Below, piece after piece: positions 1 through 11,499 of a stretch of 43,672 nucleotides of DNA. The stretch comes from Macrostomum lignano (lineage: Eukaryota), in contig NIVC01004508.1 in NCBI GenBank assembly GCA_002269645.1, positions 1-43,672 of the forward strand, given 5' to 3'. Below the pieces are notes generated by a model, which ran no database searches, was not told where the DNA came from, and worked only from the letters and a program-made list of their open reading frames with translations. How positions within the stretch are numbered: position 1 is the stretch's first letter; every line of letters starts with the position of its first letter. The translations under genes and the position numbers were made by a program.

Positions 1-410
1 GAAAAAGGAATACATTCTGTCAGTCTGCAGTTTCTAGATAGCCCAATAACAGGCTAAACTGATGGAACACAAAAAACAATTTATTGTGCGTACTGTGCTT
101 CTGGGCATAAAGCTACTCCTAATGAGCATATTGGTTCTCTTTAACTTGGAAAGAACAGTATCCCTGAAAAAGGAATACATTCTGTCAGTCTGCAGTTTCT
201 AGAAAGCCCAATAACAGGCTAAACTGATGGAACACAAAAACACATTTATTGTGCGTACTGTGCTTCTGGGCATAAAGCTACTCCTAATGAGCATATTGGT
301 CTCTTTAACTTAGAAAGAAGCAATATCCCGGAGAAAGAAATGCATTCTGTCAGTCTGCAGTTTCTAGTTAGCCAAGCTAAACTGATGGAAACACAAAAGC
401 ACATGAAATT
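1..410. repeat. Tandem repeat, ~165-bp unit, ~2.5 copies (truncated by window start)
   Basis: GAAAAAGGAATACATTCTGTCAGTCTGCAGTTTCTAG recurs at 1 and 166, and diverged at 331. Confidence 0.9.
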
Positions 411-3060
411 GCGCATTTTATATAAAATACATGAAAAATATTGAATTGCAGCAGTAATATTTTTATTTACAAATCAAGAAAAATTAATAATTCTTGATGT
501 ATATTTTTTGAAATAATAATTATGGTTAGGAGAAAAAACAAGAAAGAATTTTATGAGTCAACAATGTTATAAATATACAGAATTTTTTAAATTTTTTATA
601 ATTACAATGAAATCAAATATAAAAATATTTATTGGCTAGTAATATTACATAAAATTACAAGTAATTAAATAGGCTAGTATAGTCAATATTTTTATTGCAT
701 GTTATAGTTATTATTTTTATAAAAGTATACTAAGTGCCTGCCTGATATAATTGAATTTATACTTAATGGAAAAGCACTATGGAATCTTAAATAGATATTA
801 TGTTTATAATTTGACTTATTAGAAGAGAAGAAATATTAAAATAGAGGTTTTAACAAGTTGTAAAAAGCATCAGCAAGAAATGCCAATTTTTATTTTATTG
901 CCTATACTGATATTAACACTTTGACTGCATGTTTCAAGGACGTAATTGAAAAATAAATCTAAAAATATAGGAAGTAAAACAGCATAAAGGCTTCATTATT
1001 AAGTATGGCCACAAAAATACCACACGGCGTATAAATATAATGTATTTTTTATGCGCAAGTGCGCTGTAACTGCCTGCTGCCACGTTGCGCAATAAAGACT
1101 CGCAGTTCGAAATATTTTTTAATGTTTTCGCTTTGCATTAAAATAAATAGCTTAACAGTCAACACAAAATTGAGTGCAAAAATGCTGATGAAAGTGATAA
1201 AACTTTAATTTGATAACTTTTTTAATAGGAAAATTTACTATTTTTTGACTCGGGAAACGCACTTAATTTCGTTCACCGCGGAGTTCAGCGGCAGTCATTC
1301 AACACCGGAAATTTAACAAAAAACGTTCTCCTGCAGTTCAGGAGCAACGCGCACGCTGAAATTTTATGCGCACGTCGAAATCTGCCTATATTTTGCTTTG
1401 AAATATTGCATGACAGGTTTTCAGCTCTCTGGAAGGATTTATTGGGTTCACCGCCGGTTTCACCCCCCAAAAAATAACAAAAATCGCCCTCCTGATGTCC
1501 AGGGGCAACGCGGCAGAGCCAAAAATCTAGGCGCATCTCTAGTTTTACTTGCGCTATCGATTATGTATATTTTTAAGCCTTAAAAAATAAAGTTAAAAAT
1601 CCGGTGAACCAAGTGCCGGTGAATTCAGTAGTTAGTTTAGTAGTTACGAGCTCAGTGAATTTTCGGCTGCTTTCAAATCGACGCCGGAATTTCCGGGAAT
1701 TCGAGTCGATTTAACAAAACTATGGTGCGGTGGGAGCTCCAACAGCTGAGTACCTCCGGCTCGGGGAGGTAGCTGTCATCGTGGCTGCACGGTCGATTTT
1801 TCGTCCTTCAGAATGCTAGGAGGACAGGATGGGCCGATACGGAAACTGTAGTCAAATGGTAGTAGATTTATCTAACATTACTTTAATTTTAGTGGATTGC
1901 TGTCAACACCGTGGTAATTCACGAGCAAATCCTGAGACTTGATTATAGCTAGAACTTAGTTTAAGAACTCTTGATTCTAGATCACTAATCCGAGGTCAGA
2001 AGTCTTGGAGAACAATTTGATTTTTTAAACAGCGCCTTAATTAAAATACGCTCGTCAAGGGCGTTGACTACTATGGCAAAATATTTTTAAATATTAGAAA
2101 AAATGCTAAATAATTAAACGCAACTATTTGTATGTCGAGAAGTTCTGGATTTGGGCAATTCGGACTCAGTAGTATGGACCTCGGGTCGTATTGAAATTTT
2201 AGAAAAATGTACAGTACATTCCGTGCAGGTATTTCCTTTCTGCGAGGCTGTTTTACATGTAAGTATTCCACTCGAGTCTGGCCAAGGCGGGGCGAGCCCA
2301 GACTCGTTTATTAGATTCTCATGAGCTTACCACGGTTGGAAGGGGGTTTACCCCGGGTGGAAGGTTACACTGAACGGAAAATTAAAAAAGGAGGTTCACA
2401 CTGTGCGCGTCTAAATAGATTGAAATTTGTCGGAATTGATTGGAAATTTCGCAGTATGAGCCATAGATAGGAGGACAGAAAAAGCCAATTCATAGCCAAC
2501 TGTCGGAATTGATTGCAAATTGTTTGAATTGATTGCAATTGAATGCACGTCCGGCCAAGAACTACCATAAACTGTCTGAATTAAATGAAAAGATTTTTAC
2601 TTTGATTGCACGATTGCCAAAATAGAATGGAAAATGTGTAGAACGCAAAAGCCATAATATTAGTAATAAAATAATATAATACTCTGCAAAGACACTTGTG
2701 GCAGCTCTTCTCGTATATGGTTATGTATGCATGCAGCATTGATAGCCATTGCTCAATTCTCCTCTGCCCGAGCTAGCCCCCTGCCTGCCAGTTAGTCTGT
2801 CCTTGAACGCATTCGCTCCCTGCTATGTTTGGCCGCACAAGCCGCATTATAGCGTCTACTCTTGGCCATCATGTCGTCCTACATACGGTTTGATTCTGCT
2901 GCCGCTGTCAACTCTCGGTCCGGAGTGGCTCATCTGGTGGGAGCCAGCAGACACTGACTTCGGCGGCGGCGGCGGCGGCGGCAGCTAGGATACCAGCAGC
3001 TGGCACAAATGTTTCGCAGCCTAAATCCGTGTGCCGGCAACAATGACCATACAAACAGCA

Positions 3061-3157
3061 TCTCATCCAGATTCCCAACAATCTCACCCAGATTCCCAAC
3101 AATCTCACCCAGATTCCCAACAATCTCACCCAGATTCTCAACAATCTCACCCAGATT
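3061..3157. repeat. 21-bp tandem repeat (CCAGATTCCCAACAATCTCAC), ~4.5 copies, abutting the Polinton left end
   Basis: Unit visible at 3067, 3088, 3109, 3130 and partially at 3151; interrupted exactly by AGTAGT at 3158. Confidence 0.9.
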
Positions 3158-3462
3158 AGTAGTATAGAAAAAGACGCTTCTAGACCCAGAGCACTTTTTT
3201 AATGACCGTTTTAAGGGTCTAGAGGGGGGACACGGGGGTAAATAAAAAAACACATCTAAACACCCTTAACACATCTAATCACCCATAATCACCCCTGACA
3301 ATAAAAATCATTCCCAACACTTCCAAACACTCCCCAACACCCCCTCGCGTCCCCCCTCTTAAGACCTTACAAACGGTCATTAAAATAAGGTCTGATCTAG
3401 AAGCGTCTTTTTCTATACTACTACTCTATAACCCCTTGCCCGCGCCGCAGGCGCGAAGGGTC
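3158..3462 (+). repeat. Left terminal inverted repeat (305 bp)
   Basis: Reverse complement of 20808-21114. By-eye alignment shows no substitutions and two 1-nt indels (G5 vs G6 near 3234; a T missing near 3340). Confidence 0.97.
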
Positions 3463-3519
3463 ACAAAAGAGTTTAAACTGAGTCATGGTAATAGTAACAC
3501 TCAACAAAAAATTACTCTC

Positions 3520-3630
3520 ATAGCCACTATTGGCTAGCTTGCAAAATCTTGCCGTAGCAGGAATTGAACGCCCACTCAGCCATCCAACTCTATAAAAACC
3601 ACAGCCATCAACCCAGTTCTAGCTCATCTC
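3520..3630 (+). promoter_or_regulatory. Putative Pol II-type promoter upstream of the first Polinton gene
   Basis: ATTGG (reverse CCAAT) near 3528 and TATAAAAA at 3591-3598, in the non-coding gap between the TIR and ATG 3837. Motif-only evidence. Confidence 0.35.
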
Positions 3631-3836
3631 TCAGGAAGAAGAAGACAGGCTCCGCGCGTCACAAGTAAAATGGGGTGCCCACCATCAATGAATAAGTTTT
3701 TAACAAATCGTCCAGAAAAATTCTGGACGTCCAGAAAAAAATGACTCAATGCAGTATATACACCATCTTGGGTTGAAAAATATTCTTTTGTGTGTTCTCG
3801 TATTCTTTTTTTCTGTTACTAAAAATAGAACAAAAA

Positions 3837-4235
3837 ATGACACACGTTACACATGTGCAAAATATAAATGAGTATCAGGTAGGAGATCCAATTGAATACC
3901 GAGGTGAGGGACTTTTTGATTTGGTTGGAACAGCAGCAAATTTTGTTAAAGACAATATGGGGCTTATAGGGCAAGCTGGCTCTGCAGCAGGCTCTATAAC
4001 AAATGCTGTAAAAGGAGGAATTGAAGCAGCTAGAGCGGCAGAAGAACTAAAGAAATTGAGAGATTTTAACGACACCCTCTCACAAATAAATGCAATAAAA
4101 GATTTAAAGCTGGCACAAGCCGCACAACCAACAGAAACCCCCACGAAAACCACGCCAATAAGTAATAAAGATATTCAGGATTTTAATAAAATGTTAAATA
4201 CTATTAAAGGTGGAAAAGGATTAAAGAAATTTTAA
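3837..4235 (+). CDS. Polinton putative virion core/membrane-active protein (132 aa from ATG 3837)
   Basis: Intact ORF with AAAAAATG start. G-x-G-L motifs (RGEGL, GGKGL) resembling maturation-protease sites flank an Ala/Gly-rich amphipathic segment. Confidence 0.65.
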   Translation: MTHVTHVQNINEYQVGDPIEYRGEGLFDLVGTAANFVKDNMGLIGQAGSAAGSITNAVKGGIEAARAAEELKKLRDFNDTLSQINAIKDLKLAQAAQPTETPTKTTPISNKDIQDFNKMLNTIKGGKGLKKF

Positions 4236-4245
4236 CAATATAAAA

Positions 4246-5285
4246 ATGGACTCAGTTAATGATGATGAAACCGGTTATATTTTATAGGAGAAATTGTAGA
4301 TACCTTAAATCTTGATGATAATAAGCAAACCACACAATGTTAAAAAGATTGGATCGATTAGGTAAAAAGTTTGACTACGACATCGATACATTTAAACTCG
4401 CAGCAAAATATGCACAAGAAGGAAGGCCAATATCCTTTAAGAATCGCGGCAGAAATTATAGGTTGACAGACTCCGATGTGAAATTTTTAATGGAGACTCA
4501 CACTAAAAAGGACGGCGGATTACTACCCATTCTACCGCTTCTTTTAGGACTTGGCGCAGCTGGAGCAGTCGGTTTAGCCGGAAAAAGAATTCATGATAAT
4601 GTAAAACAGCTAGGAGAGTTAAGAGCGAAACAGGGGGGAATCTTGCCCCTTGCAGCTTTGCTCCCAATAATTTTTGCAGGAATTGGAGCAGCTGGAGGAG
4701 TTGCTGGCGGAGCAGCTGGAATTGCAAAAGCAGTAAATGACAAAAAAGCTGCGGACGAAAAAGCTAAAAGAGAGGCCGAATTTCAAAGACAGCAAATAAC
4801 GCAGGACGCACAATTCAAACAGAAACTTATTGATACCATTAATAGTAGTTCAGCAACAGCAGAGCAAAAAAGAAATGCAGAAGCTAGGTTAGCAGCCGGA
4901 AAAGGTTTACTCTTGCAAGGAACAAATCACGGGAATGGTTTGGTACTAAAAGGAACAACCCAAGGAAGTGGAGTTGTCGCAGATAAACTACATGAATTTG
5001 GCAAACTTTAGAAAAAACGGGTGAGAAAGCTAAAGGATTTTTTGACAATATTGGATCCAATTTTAGACCAGCTGTTCAGAAATTTTTATAAATTAGGAAA
5101 AGATTTTAACATCATTGAAAAACACGACGGAAGCGGATTATATCTCGAAATGCGACCAAAAGCAGGTTCAGGAATTTTCTTAAATTCAAATGTTATGGGC
5201 AATGGATTGCTATTACCAAAAGCAGATCTCGAATAGGCTCCTGGGGGGGGTCTGGACACCAAAAACACAAATTAAAAAATCAATA
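4246..5285 (+). CDS. Polinton virion protein with two adenovirus pX-like hydrophobic peptides (frameshifted; core ORF 4337-5011, same-frame continuation 5021-5236)
   Basis: KDGG|LLPILPLLLGLGAAGAVG and KQGG|ILPLAALLPIIFAGIGAAGGVAG; repeated GKGL/GNGL/GSGV/GSGL/GSGI motifs. Upstream TAAAAATG at 4246 joins after homopolymer indels; ends are approximate. Confidence 0.65.
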
Positions 5286-5317
5286 ATTCAAACATTATAT
5301 AAATTTTATTCTATAAA

Positions 5318-5509
5318 ATGGAAGCAATTTTAGCTCAAATCGACAACCCTGAACTTAGAGCACAATTAATAGCTCAAATCGATGCACAACGAATTGCCGA
5401 TAGGGCTGAAATAGAAGCAAGAATTAGGGCAGAAAATGAGATACGTTTAGAAAGACAATTAAATGATATTAATAACCCCAACCACAAGGACAAAATGGAG
5501 CTGAAGTAA
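5318..5509 (+). CDS. Small coiled-coil-like hypothetical protein (63 aa)
   Basis: Intact ORF with CTATAAAATG start; could be an N-terminal part of pPolB. Confidence 0.45.
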   Translation: MEAILAQIDNPELRAQLIAQIDAQRIADRAEIEARIRAENEIRLERQLNDINNPNHKDKMELK

Positions 5510-5559
5510 TATATATAGATATAGATATAAATACAAATTATAAAGAATATTTTAAACAA

Positions 5560-8500
5560 ATGAAAGATAAATTAAAGACTATATTAAACAATTATACTAT
5601 AAGGCCAAATAACAAACGACAGCCAATTAAGTATAAAATAGAAGTTGAAACAGAATTTAAAAAACCAAATATTCTTAATGCAAATTCAGAAATTGAAGTA
5701 ATAAATAACTTTTCACAAGAATCATATAAAACATTATTATCAATGGGAAATTACAACAATCAATTCGATCAAATAGAAGCTGAGTTTGATGAATGGATAG
5801 ATAAGATGACAGAAAACGGATCTGGGTTTATATTTGTATCTGTAATTCAGCAATAGTAAAGATTGCACCTATAGAAATTCTTAAAGGACGATCACATATG
5901 AAGCTCAAATTTAAATCACCTATGATTATAAATCCAGACAATAAAGATAATAAATGTTTATTATGGTGTTTATTAATTCATAAATATCACAATCAAGTAG
6001 AATCACACATTAATAAAATATATAATTATAGACAATATGAGGATGAAATAATAATGAAAAACATATCATACCCAGTAGCAATAGATGATATATATAAGAT
6101 TGAAAAAATGAATGGTTTAAATATTAATGTTTTACAATTGAAGAACCAAAAGATCTAGAAGAAATTCAGCAGGTCGATCCAGAATGGTATAAGAAAAGGT
6201 GTTATCTTGTTAAGCCAGCAACTGATATAACAGCACCAGATCAAATCGATCTTTTGTACATGCAGCGCGAAAATGAAACACATTATATATACATAAAAGA
6301 TATTAGTTCTTTTTTAAGAGAAAATAGAAATAGATATCCACTATGTAGAAATTGTTTTACATTTAAAAAGGATGAAACAGCTCTTAAAAACCACCAACGA
6401 TTTTGTTTAGATCACAAATTTACTAATGCTATAATGCCAGCATCTGAAGATGCAACCCTAAAGTTCCAACAACATTATATGGCAGTTAAAAAACCAATAG
6501 TAATATATGCTGATTTTGAAGCAACAAATGTTCCCTTAAAAGAATCACAGACGGTATCTGATGACGGTCATGCAAAGCATGCGACCCTACGGGACGGTGA
6601 ATGCACAAAAAAATTGGCACAACAGTTTCCGAATAGTTATTGTATATATGTACACTCCGTAGCTGATCATATATTTAAATCAAGGATGATTACTTACCAC
6701 GGTAATGATGCAGCTAAGCACATGGCAGAATCATTAGTAAATGTATTTGAATATATTCAAAATCAATATGATAAATTATCAAAAAATATTAATATGACAA
6801 ATAAGGATAGAGACAATTATAAAAATGCAACAAATTGTTTTATGTGCAAAAGATATTTAAGTAAGAAAATAAGATACGAGAACATTGTCATCTAACAGGA
6901 AATTATCGAGGGGCAGCATGTAGATCATGTAATGCAAAAGAAGGAAAAGGATGTAAGGAAATACCAGTATTTTTTCATAATGGTTCCGGATATGATTTTC
7001 ATTTCTTAGTTCGAGAATTGCTTCATTTAGGAAAGGATGAATATGAAATAAATATATTACCTAAAACATCAGAAAATTACATATCAATAACATATGGTAA
7101 GAAATACTCCCATCTAGTTTTTCTAGATTCCTTGAGATTCTTATCAACATCTTTAGCAAATGTTGTTTCATCATTAGTTCCAAAACCATGGGATTTAGAA
7201 ATAGTAAAGAAAAACTTTCCAATACTATTGAATCGTTTCAAAAAGGAAAAACTATCCGAGGAAGAACTAATGCTATTAACTCGTAAGGGCATCTACCATA
7301 TGAATATGTAACATCTGAAGACGTATTTTTTCATACCGAATTACCCCCAATTGAAAAGTTTTATTCAACATTATCACAAACAAACATAAGTGAATCGGAT
7401 TATGAACACGCTCAAAAAGTATGGAAATACTTTAATTGTAAAACATTTAAAGATTATCATAATCTATATCTTAAAGCAGATGTTCTCCTATTAGCTGATG
7501 CATTTGAAAACTTTAGGAATCATACATATGAGAATTTTAAAATTGATCCCGCATATTGTTTCAGTGCACCGGGATTAACATGGGCTTGTGGTTTGAAACA
7601 TACAGATGTTAAGATTGATTTACTAACTGATCATGATATGTTGTTAATGATTGAGAGAGGAATTCGCGGTGGATTCTCGGGTGTACTAGGAGATAGATAT
7701 ACTAAAGTAAATAATAAATATCTACCAAATTATAATAAAAAAGAAAAATCATCATATGTATTATATCTAGATGCAAACAATTTATACGGTGGTTGTATGA
7801 AACAAAAATTACCAATAGCTGATTTCCAATGGGAAGATGACCCCGATTATTACAAAAATATTCCCGAAGGAAGGGGCTGTATCGTAGAGTGGATTTGCAA
7901 TATACTCGGGAAGCAAAAGCAAAAACATATAAATATCCTTTAGCTCCAGAGCATTGTTCAGTTAATGAAGATGATTTATCACAAACACAAAAAGATTATC
8001 TTAAAGTAGATAATGCAAAACATCTAGCAACAAAAAAATTAATATTAAATTTACATGATAAGAAAAACTATGTAGTGCATTATAAGCTTCTACAATTTTA
8101 TGAAAAGCAGGGATTAAAAGTGTCTAAAGTACATCGAACAATATCGTTTATTGAGGAAGATTGGTTAGCTAAATATATTGACTTTAATTCAAATCAGAGA
8201 CAGATGTCAAAAACAAATTTTGAGAAAGATTATTGGAAATTAATGAATAATGCTTTTTATGGAAAAACGGTTGAAAATATTAGAGATAGAACCCAATTCC
8301 ATTTAGAAAAGGATATTGATAAAGCAAAGAAATATTTCTCAAAACCTAACTTTAAAGACTTTATAAAATTTGATGATAACTTTATGGGTATTCATATGAG
8401 AAATAAAACAACAAAATTTCTTAAACCAATATTTATTGGAATGGTTGTTTTAGATTATGCAAAGCTGGTAATGTATGAATATTATTATGATGTTATAAAT

Positions 8501-9293
8501 AAAACATGGCCAGATAACTATCCAATATATGCAGACACCGACAGTTTGGTATTTAAGGTTGAAACAGATGATCGGAGTCCGCGAACCAAAGGTTCGATGT
8601 CTATAAAGATATGGAAAAAATTAAGGATACATTGGACACTCCGACTATCCGGATAACCATCCTTTAAAATCAGATCAAAATAAAAAAGTTGTACTTAAAA
8701 TGAAAGATGAATTAAATAGCAAAATCATAACCGAGTTTATAGCAATAAGATCAAAATGCTATGCATTTAAGGTTTTAGGACAGGAGGGAGAGGTAAAAAA
8801 AATAAAAGGGGTATCAAGAGCAGCAGTAAAAAAGATAACATTTGATGATTATAAAAACGTACTTTTAGATTACCTTAATACAATTGAAAATTATCATGCT
8901 CCACAATATCGATTAAATTCAGATAAGCATCAGATGTTTGTCATCGAGACAGATAAAAAAACATTAAGTCCATTTGATGATAAAAGATATTTAGATGATA
9001 AAATTAAAACATATCCATATGGTTTAAAAGAAGAGATAAAAAATATGATAAAAGATAAAAAACAAAAAGAAGATATAATAAGTAAATATAATGAATACAA
9101 AGCGGCAATAAATAATTATTATTACGATTGTGATTGTGAATCCGAATGTGATTGTGAATATAATACATTTCTAGAATATGAAAAAGATATAGATAATTAT
9201 TATTCAACATTTCCAAAAGAACTTAAAAAATTAAATAAGGAAAAAGTCTTGAATAACTGGAAGAGATTAACAGAAAAATTACTTATCGGATAA
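5560..9293 (+). CDS. pPolB: Protein-primed family B DNA polymerase (about 7 frameshifts)
   Basis: ExoI IYADFE; ExoII FFHNGSGYDFH (6967-7000); ExoIII YLKADVLLLADAFENFR; PolA YLDANNLYG; PolB KLMNNAFYGK; PolC YADTDS; endonuclease-VII-like Zn insert CFMC...IREHCHLTGNYRGAACRSCN. Breaks near 5846, 6151, 6869, 7297, 7880, 8575-8595 and 8640. Confidence 0.97.
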
Positions 9294-9348
9294 AATCGCG
9301 TAAAAAACTAAAGCATGTAATTGTTTAAGCATAATATCCATTTCGATT

Positions 9349-9639
9349 TCATATATATTGAGCCAATTTCCTCGCAGTCGCAGGGTAACTTAAACAATCC
9401 TTTATTTTTTTCCTAAGTTTTTTTATTTTTCTAACCAATCTATCTATTTCAATTTCAATTACTATTTCAGCATAAACAATATCTTGTCTTAAAAAACGTT
9501 TTCTTTTATCTATCTCATATCGGATGGGAAACATATCGTCCCCATACTCATGATATTTCTGAGATATAATTATATTTATTTTTTTATTAATATCATTAAG
9601 TTCACGCTCTTTAGTGATAAGGATTTTTATCGTATCCAT
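9349..9639 (-). CDS. Hypothetical basic protein (96 aa)
   Basis: Intact ORF with AAGAAAATG start, packed between neighbours. Confidence 0.55.
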   Translation of the reverse strand: MDTIKILITKERELNDINKKINIIISQKYHEYGDDMFPIRYEIDKRKRFLRQDIVYAEIVIEIEIDRLVRKIKKLRKKIKDCLSYPATARKLAQYI

Positions 9640-9654
9640 TTTCTTATAAAAAAT

Positions 9655-9987
9655 TTAGTCTTCGTCGTCATCCTCCCAAACAGCCGCCAATTTTACAGTC
9701 CTATCACTCTTTTTATTATTTGTTTGTTTTAGTTTAAATTGCAATCCACCCTCGTTGCAGTATTTCATAACAAACGCTTTAGGTTTATTAATAACTAAAA
9801 CAGGAAAATTTTTAACATCATCTCCGCTTAGACATAAAATTTTTTGCCCATCTAATTGTAAAAATATTGATTGAAGCCCAATAAATTTAACCTGTCTCAA
9901 ACATATAATATTATATTCTTTATTCTCCAACATATTGGGTGTGAGATAATTAATCACATTAGAATCGGTTTTGAACCAGCTCTCCAT
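9655..9987 (-). CDS. Hypothetical protein with acidic C-terminal tail (110 aa); possibly SSB-like
   Basis: Intact ORF with TAAAAATG start; beta-rich body and WEDDDED tail. The SSB idea is inference only. Confidence 0.6.
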   Translation of the reverse strand: MESWFKTDSNVINYLTPNMLENKEYNIICLRQVKFIGLQSIFLQLDGQKILCLSGDDVKNFPVLVINKPKAFVMKYCNEGGLQFKLKQTNNKKSDRTVKLAAVWEDDDED

Positions 9988-10013
9988 TTTTAATCTAAAA
10001 AAATAACAAAAAA

Positions 10014-10526
10014 ATGAAAGACATTTATGTTTGTAATAAATGTAATGTGACTATGCACAGAGGGCAAACAGCAAACGGAGATATATATCATATGTGTTAT
10101 TCATGTTCTAAAATATATCAATTTGAAAAAACAAAAAAGATTGAAAACTCATATTACTATTTTAAAAACACAATTTTAAGAAATCTTACAAGAGACATTT
10201 CTGATCCAATTTTAATTCCCGGAAATAATGTTTATTTATATAATAACTTTTTCCATTTAAATAAAGGAAAGGGATTAAGTTCGAAAGACTCCGAAAGGAT
10301 TTTAATTTTAGTTGGATATTATTTCAATTTTCTTATTCGAGAGAATACAAAGTTTATAAGGATAGGTAACATACCTAACGAAATGTTATTGAAAAAGTCA
10401 TTGGAATTTTTATGTATTGATAAAAAATTTAAACCTAGGATCAGAAGAGAGTTACCACTTTGGGAAGAATATATAACATATGCATTAGAAAAACTAAACA
10501 ACCTGAAGTTCTACAGCACTTCCTGA
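10014..10526 (+). CDS. Hypothetical protein with N-terminal Zn ribbon (170 aa)
   Basis: CNKC...CYSC motif; AAAAAAATG start; intact. Confidence 0.7.
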   Translation: MKDIYVCNKCNVTMHRGQTANGDIYHMCYSCSKIYQFEKTKKIENSYYYFKNTILRNLTRDISDPILIPGNNVYLYNNFFHLNKGKGLSSKDSERILILVGYYFNFLIRENTKFIRIGNIPNEMLLKKSLEFLCIDKKFKPRIRRELPLWEEYITYALEKLNNLKFYSTS

Positions 10527-11148
10527 CCGCGGGCTTTGTGCCCCAGTAGCAATAGTTTCAGGTTCGTAAATGCCTAATGTTTCTATCGGTGGAGCTTTGG
10601 GTTTATCGAGTCTCAACTCTTTTAATTCCATATCGGTAAAAGTTTCAACATCTAAAATTCTATTTCTATCTTTTAAATATTTTTCATATAATTCAACCGC
10701 GGTTGATAATTCATGAATCGTTATCTCTCCGTCATCCAATATTTTTTGCACATATAAATATAATTGATTTTTATATTGTTGCAACATCTCTTAAAGATTT
10801 ATATTTTTCCTTTCTTTTTTTAAGATATAATTTAATTGCTAAAAGTATTGATAAGTTCCTGATCAATTCAAAACCTGATATTGAGCCAATTGAAATACCT
10901 AAAAATAATTGAGATAAATTAAGAGTTGGAATAGATTGTAAAATACCTAAAACGATTACACATAACATTGATAAGCTTCCAAATCCAATATTGAAAAAGT
11001 CCATATTTCTTATATGGTTTGAAACTCTTCTTACTTTTTTAGCATATAAATCATAATCATAGTTAATACGATCAACATTACTTAACATCTGACCTTTACG
11101 TTGGTTGAACCGGTCGCGTTCCCATTTATCTGCTTCAGATACCGACAT
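10494..11148 (-). CDS. Polinton two-TM membrane protein (one frameshift near 10780)
   Basis: ORFs 10771-11148 and 10494-10787 overlap and join. Two hydrophobic helices, then KKRKEKY and KILDDGEITIHEL, a pattern resembling conserved Polinton/adintovirus membrane proteins. Confidence 0.7.
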
Positions 11149-11160
11149 TCTCGTCTATTT

Positions 11161-11460
11161 TTAATAGCACCAAAATGAATTCCCCACGCTCTTTGGGATT
11201 TGCCCGGAGCTTAATAGGTATTGTATTGGAGTTATTCTTTCTTTTTTCTCCCATTTAAATCCTATTTTCCAAAACTCTTGAAGTATAATATGATTTTTTA
11301 ATAACTTAATTAATTCTTGAAGCTTCTTATTATCCTGAACATTTACAGTACTAAATAAAAATTTGGTATGAGATTTGAATGTTTTTATATTTGATTCTTG
11401 TTTAGGAATAGGAATAATAACATTATTTTGCCGCATCGATGGAGTTCTACTAAAAGCCAT
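11161..11460 (-). CDS. Hypothetical basic protein (99 aa, MAFSRTPS...)
   Basis: TATATAAAATG start at 11460 inside track ORF 11161-11607. Confidence 0.55.
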   Translation of the reverse strand: MAFSRTPSMRQNNVIIPIPKQESNIKTFKSHTKFLFSTVNVQDNKKLQELIKLLKNHIILQEFWKIGFKWEKKERITPIQYLLSSGQIPKSVGNSFWCY

Positions 11461-11499
11461 TTTATATAGAAATATTTTATATTTGAGTAGGAGGTTTTT

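Noticed and set aside
70-300. CAYC...H...H zinc-finger-like translation in the 165-bp repeat
   Set aside because: Each unit has stops in all plus-strand frames I checked; not supportable as a gene.
1723-1740. TGGTGCGGTGGG resembling an LTR primer-binding site
   Set aside because: Only a partial tRNA match, with no paired LTR or gag/pol found.
2273-2310. CGAGTCTGG...CCAGACTCG hairpin resembling a Helitron-like 3' end
   Set aside because: No clear CTRR end or matching 5' end identified.
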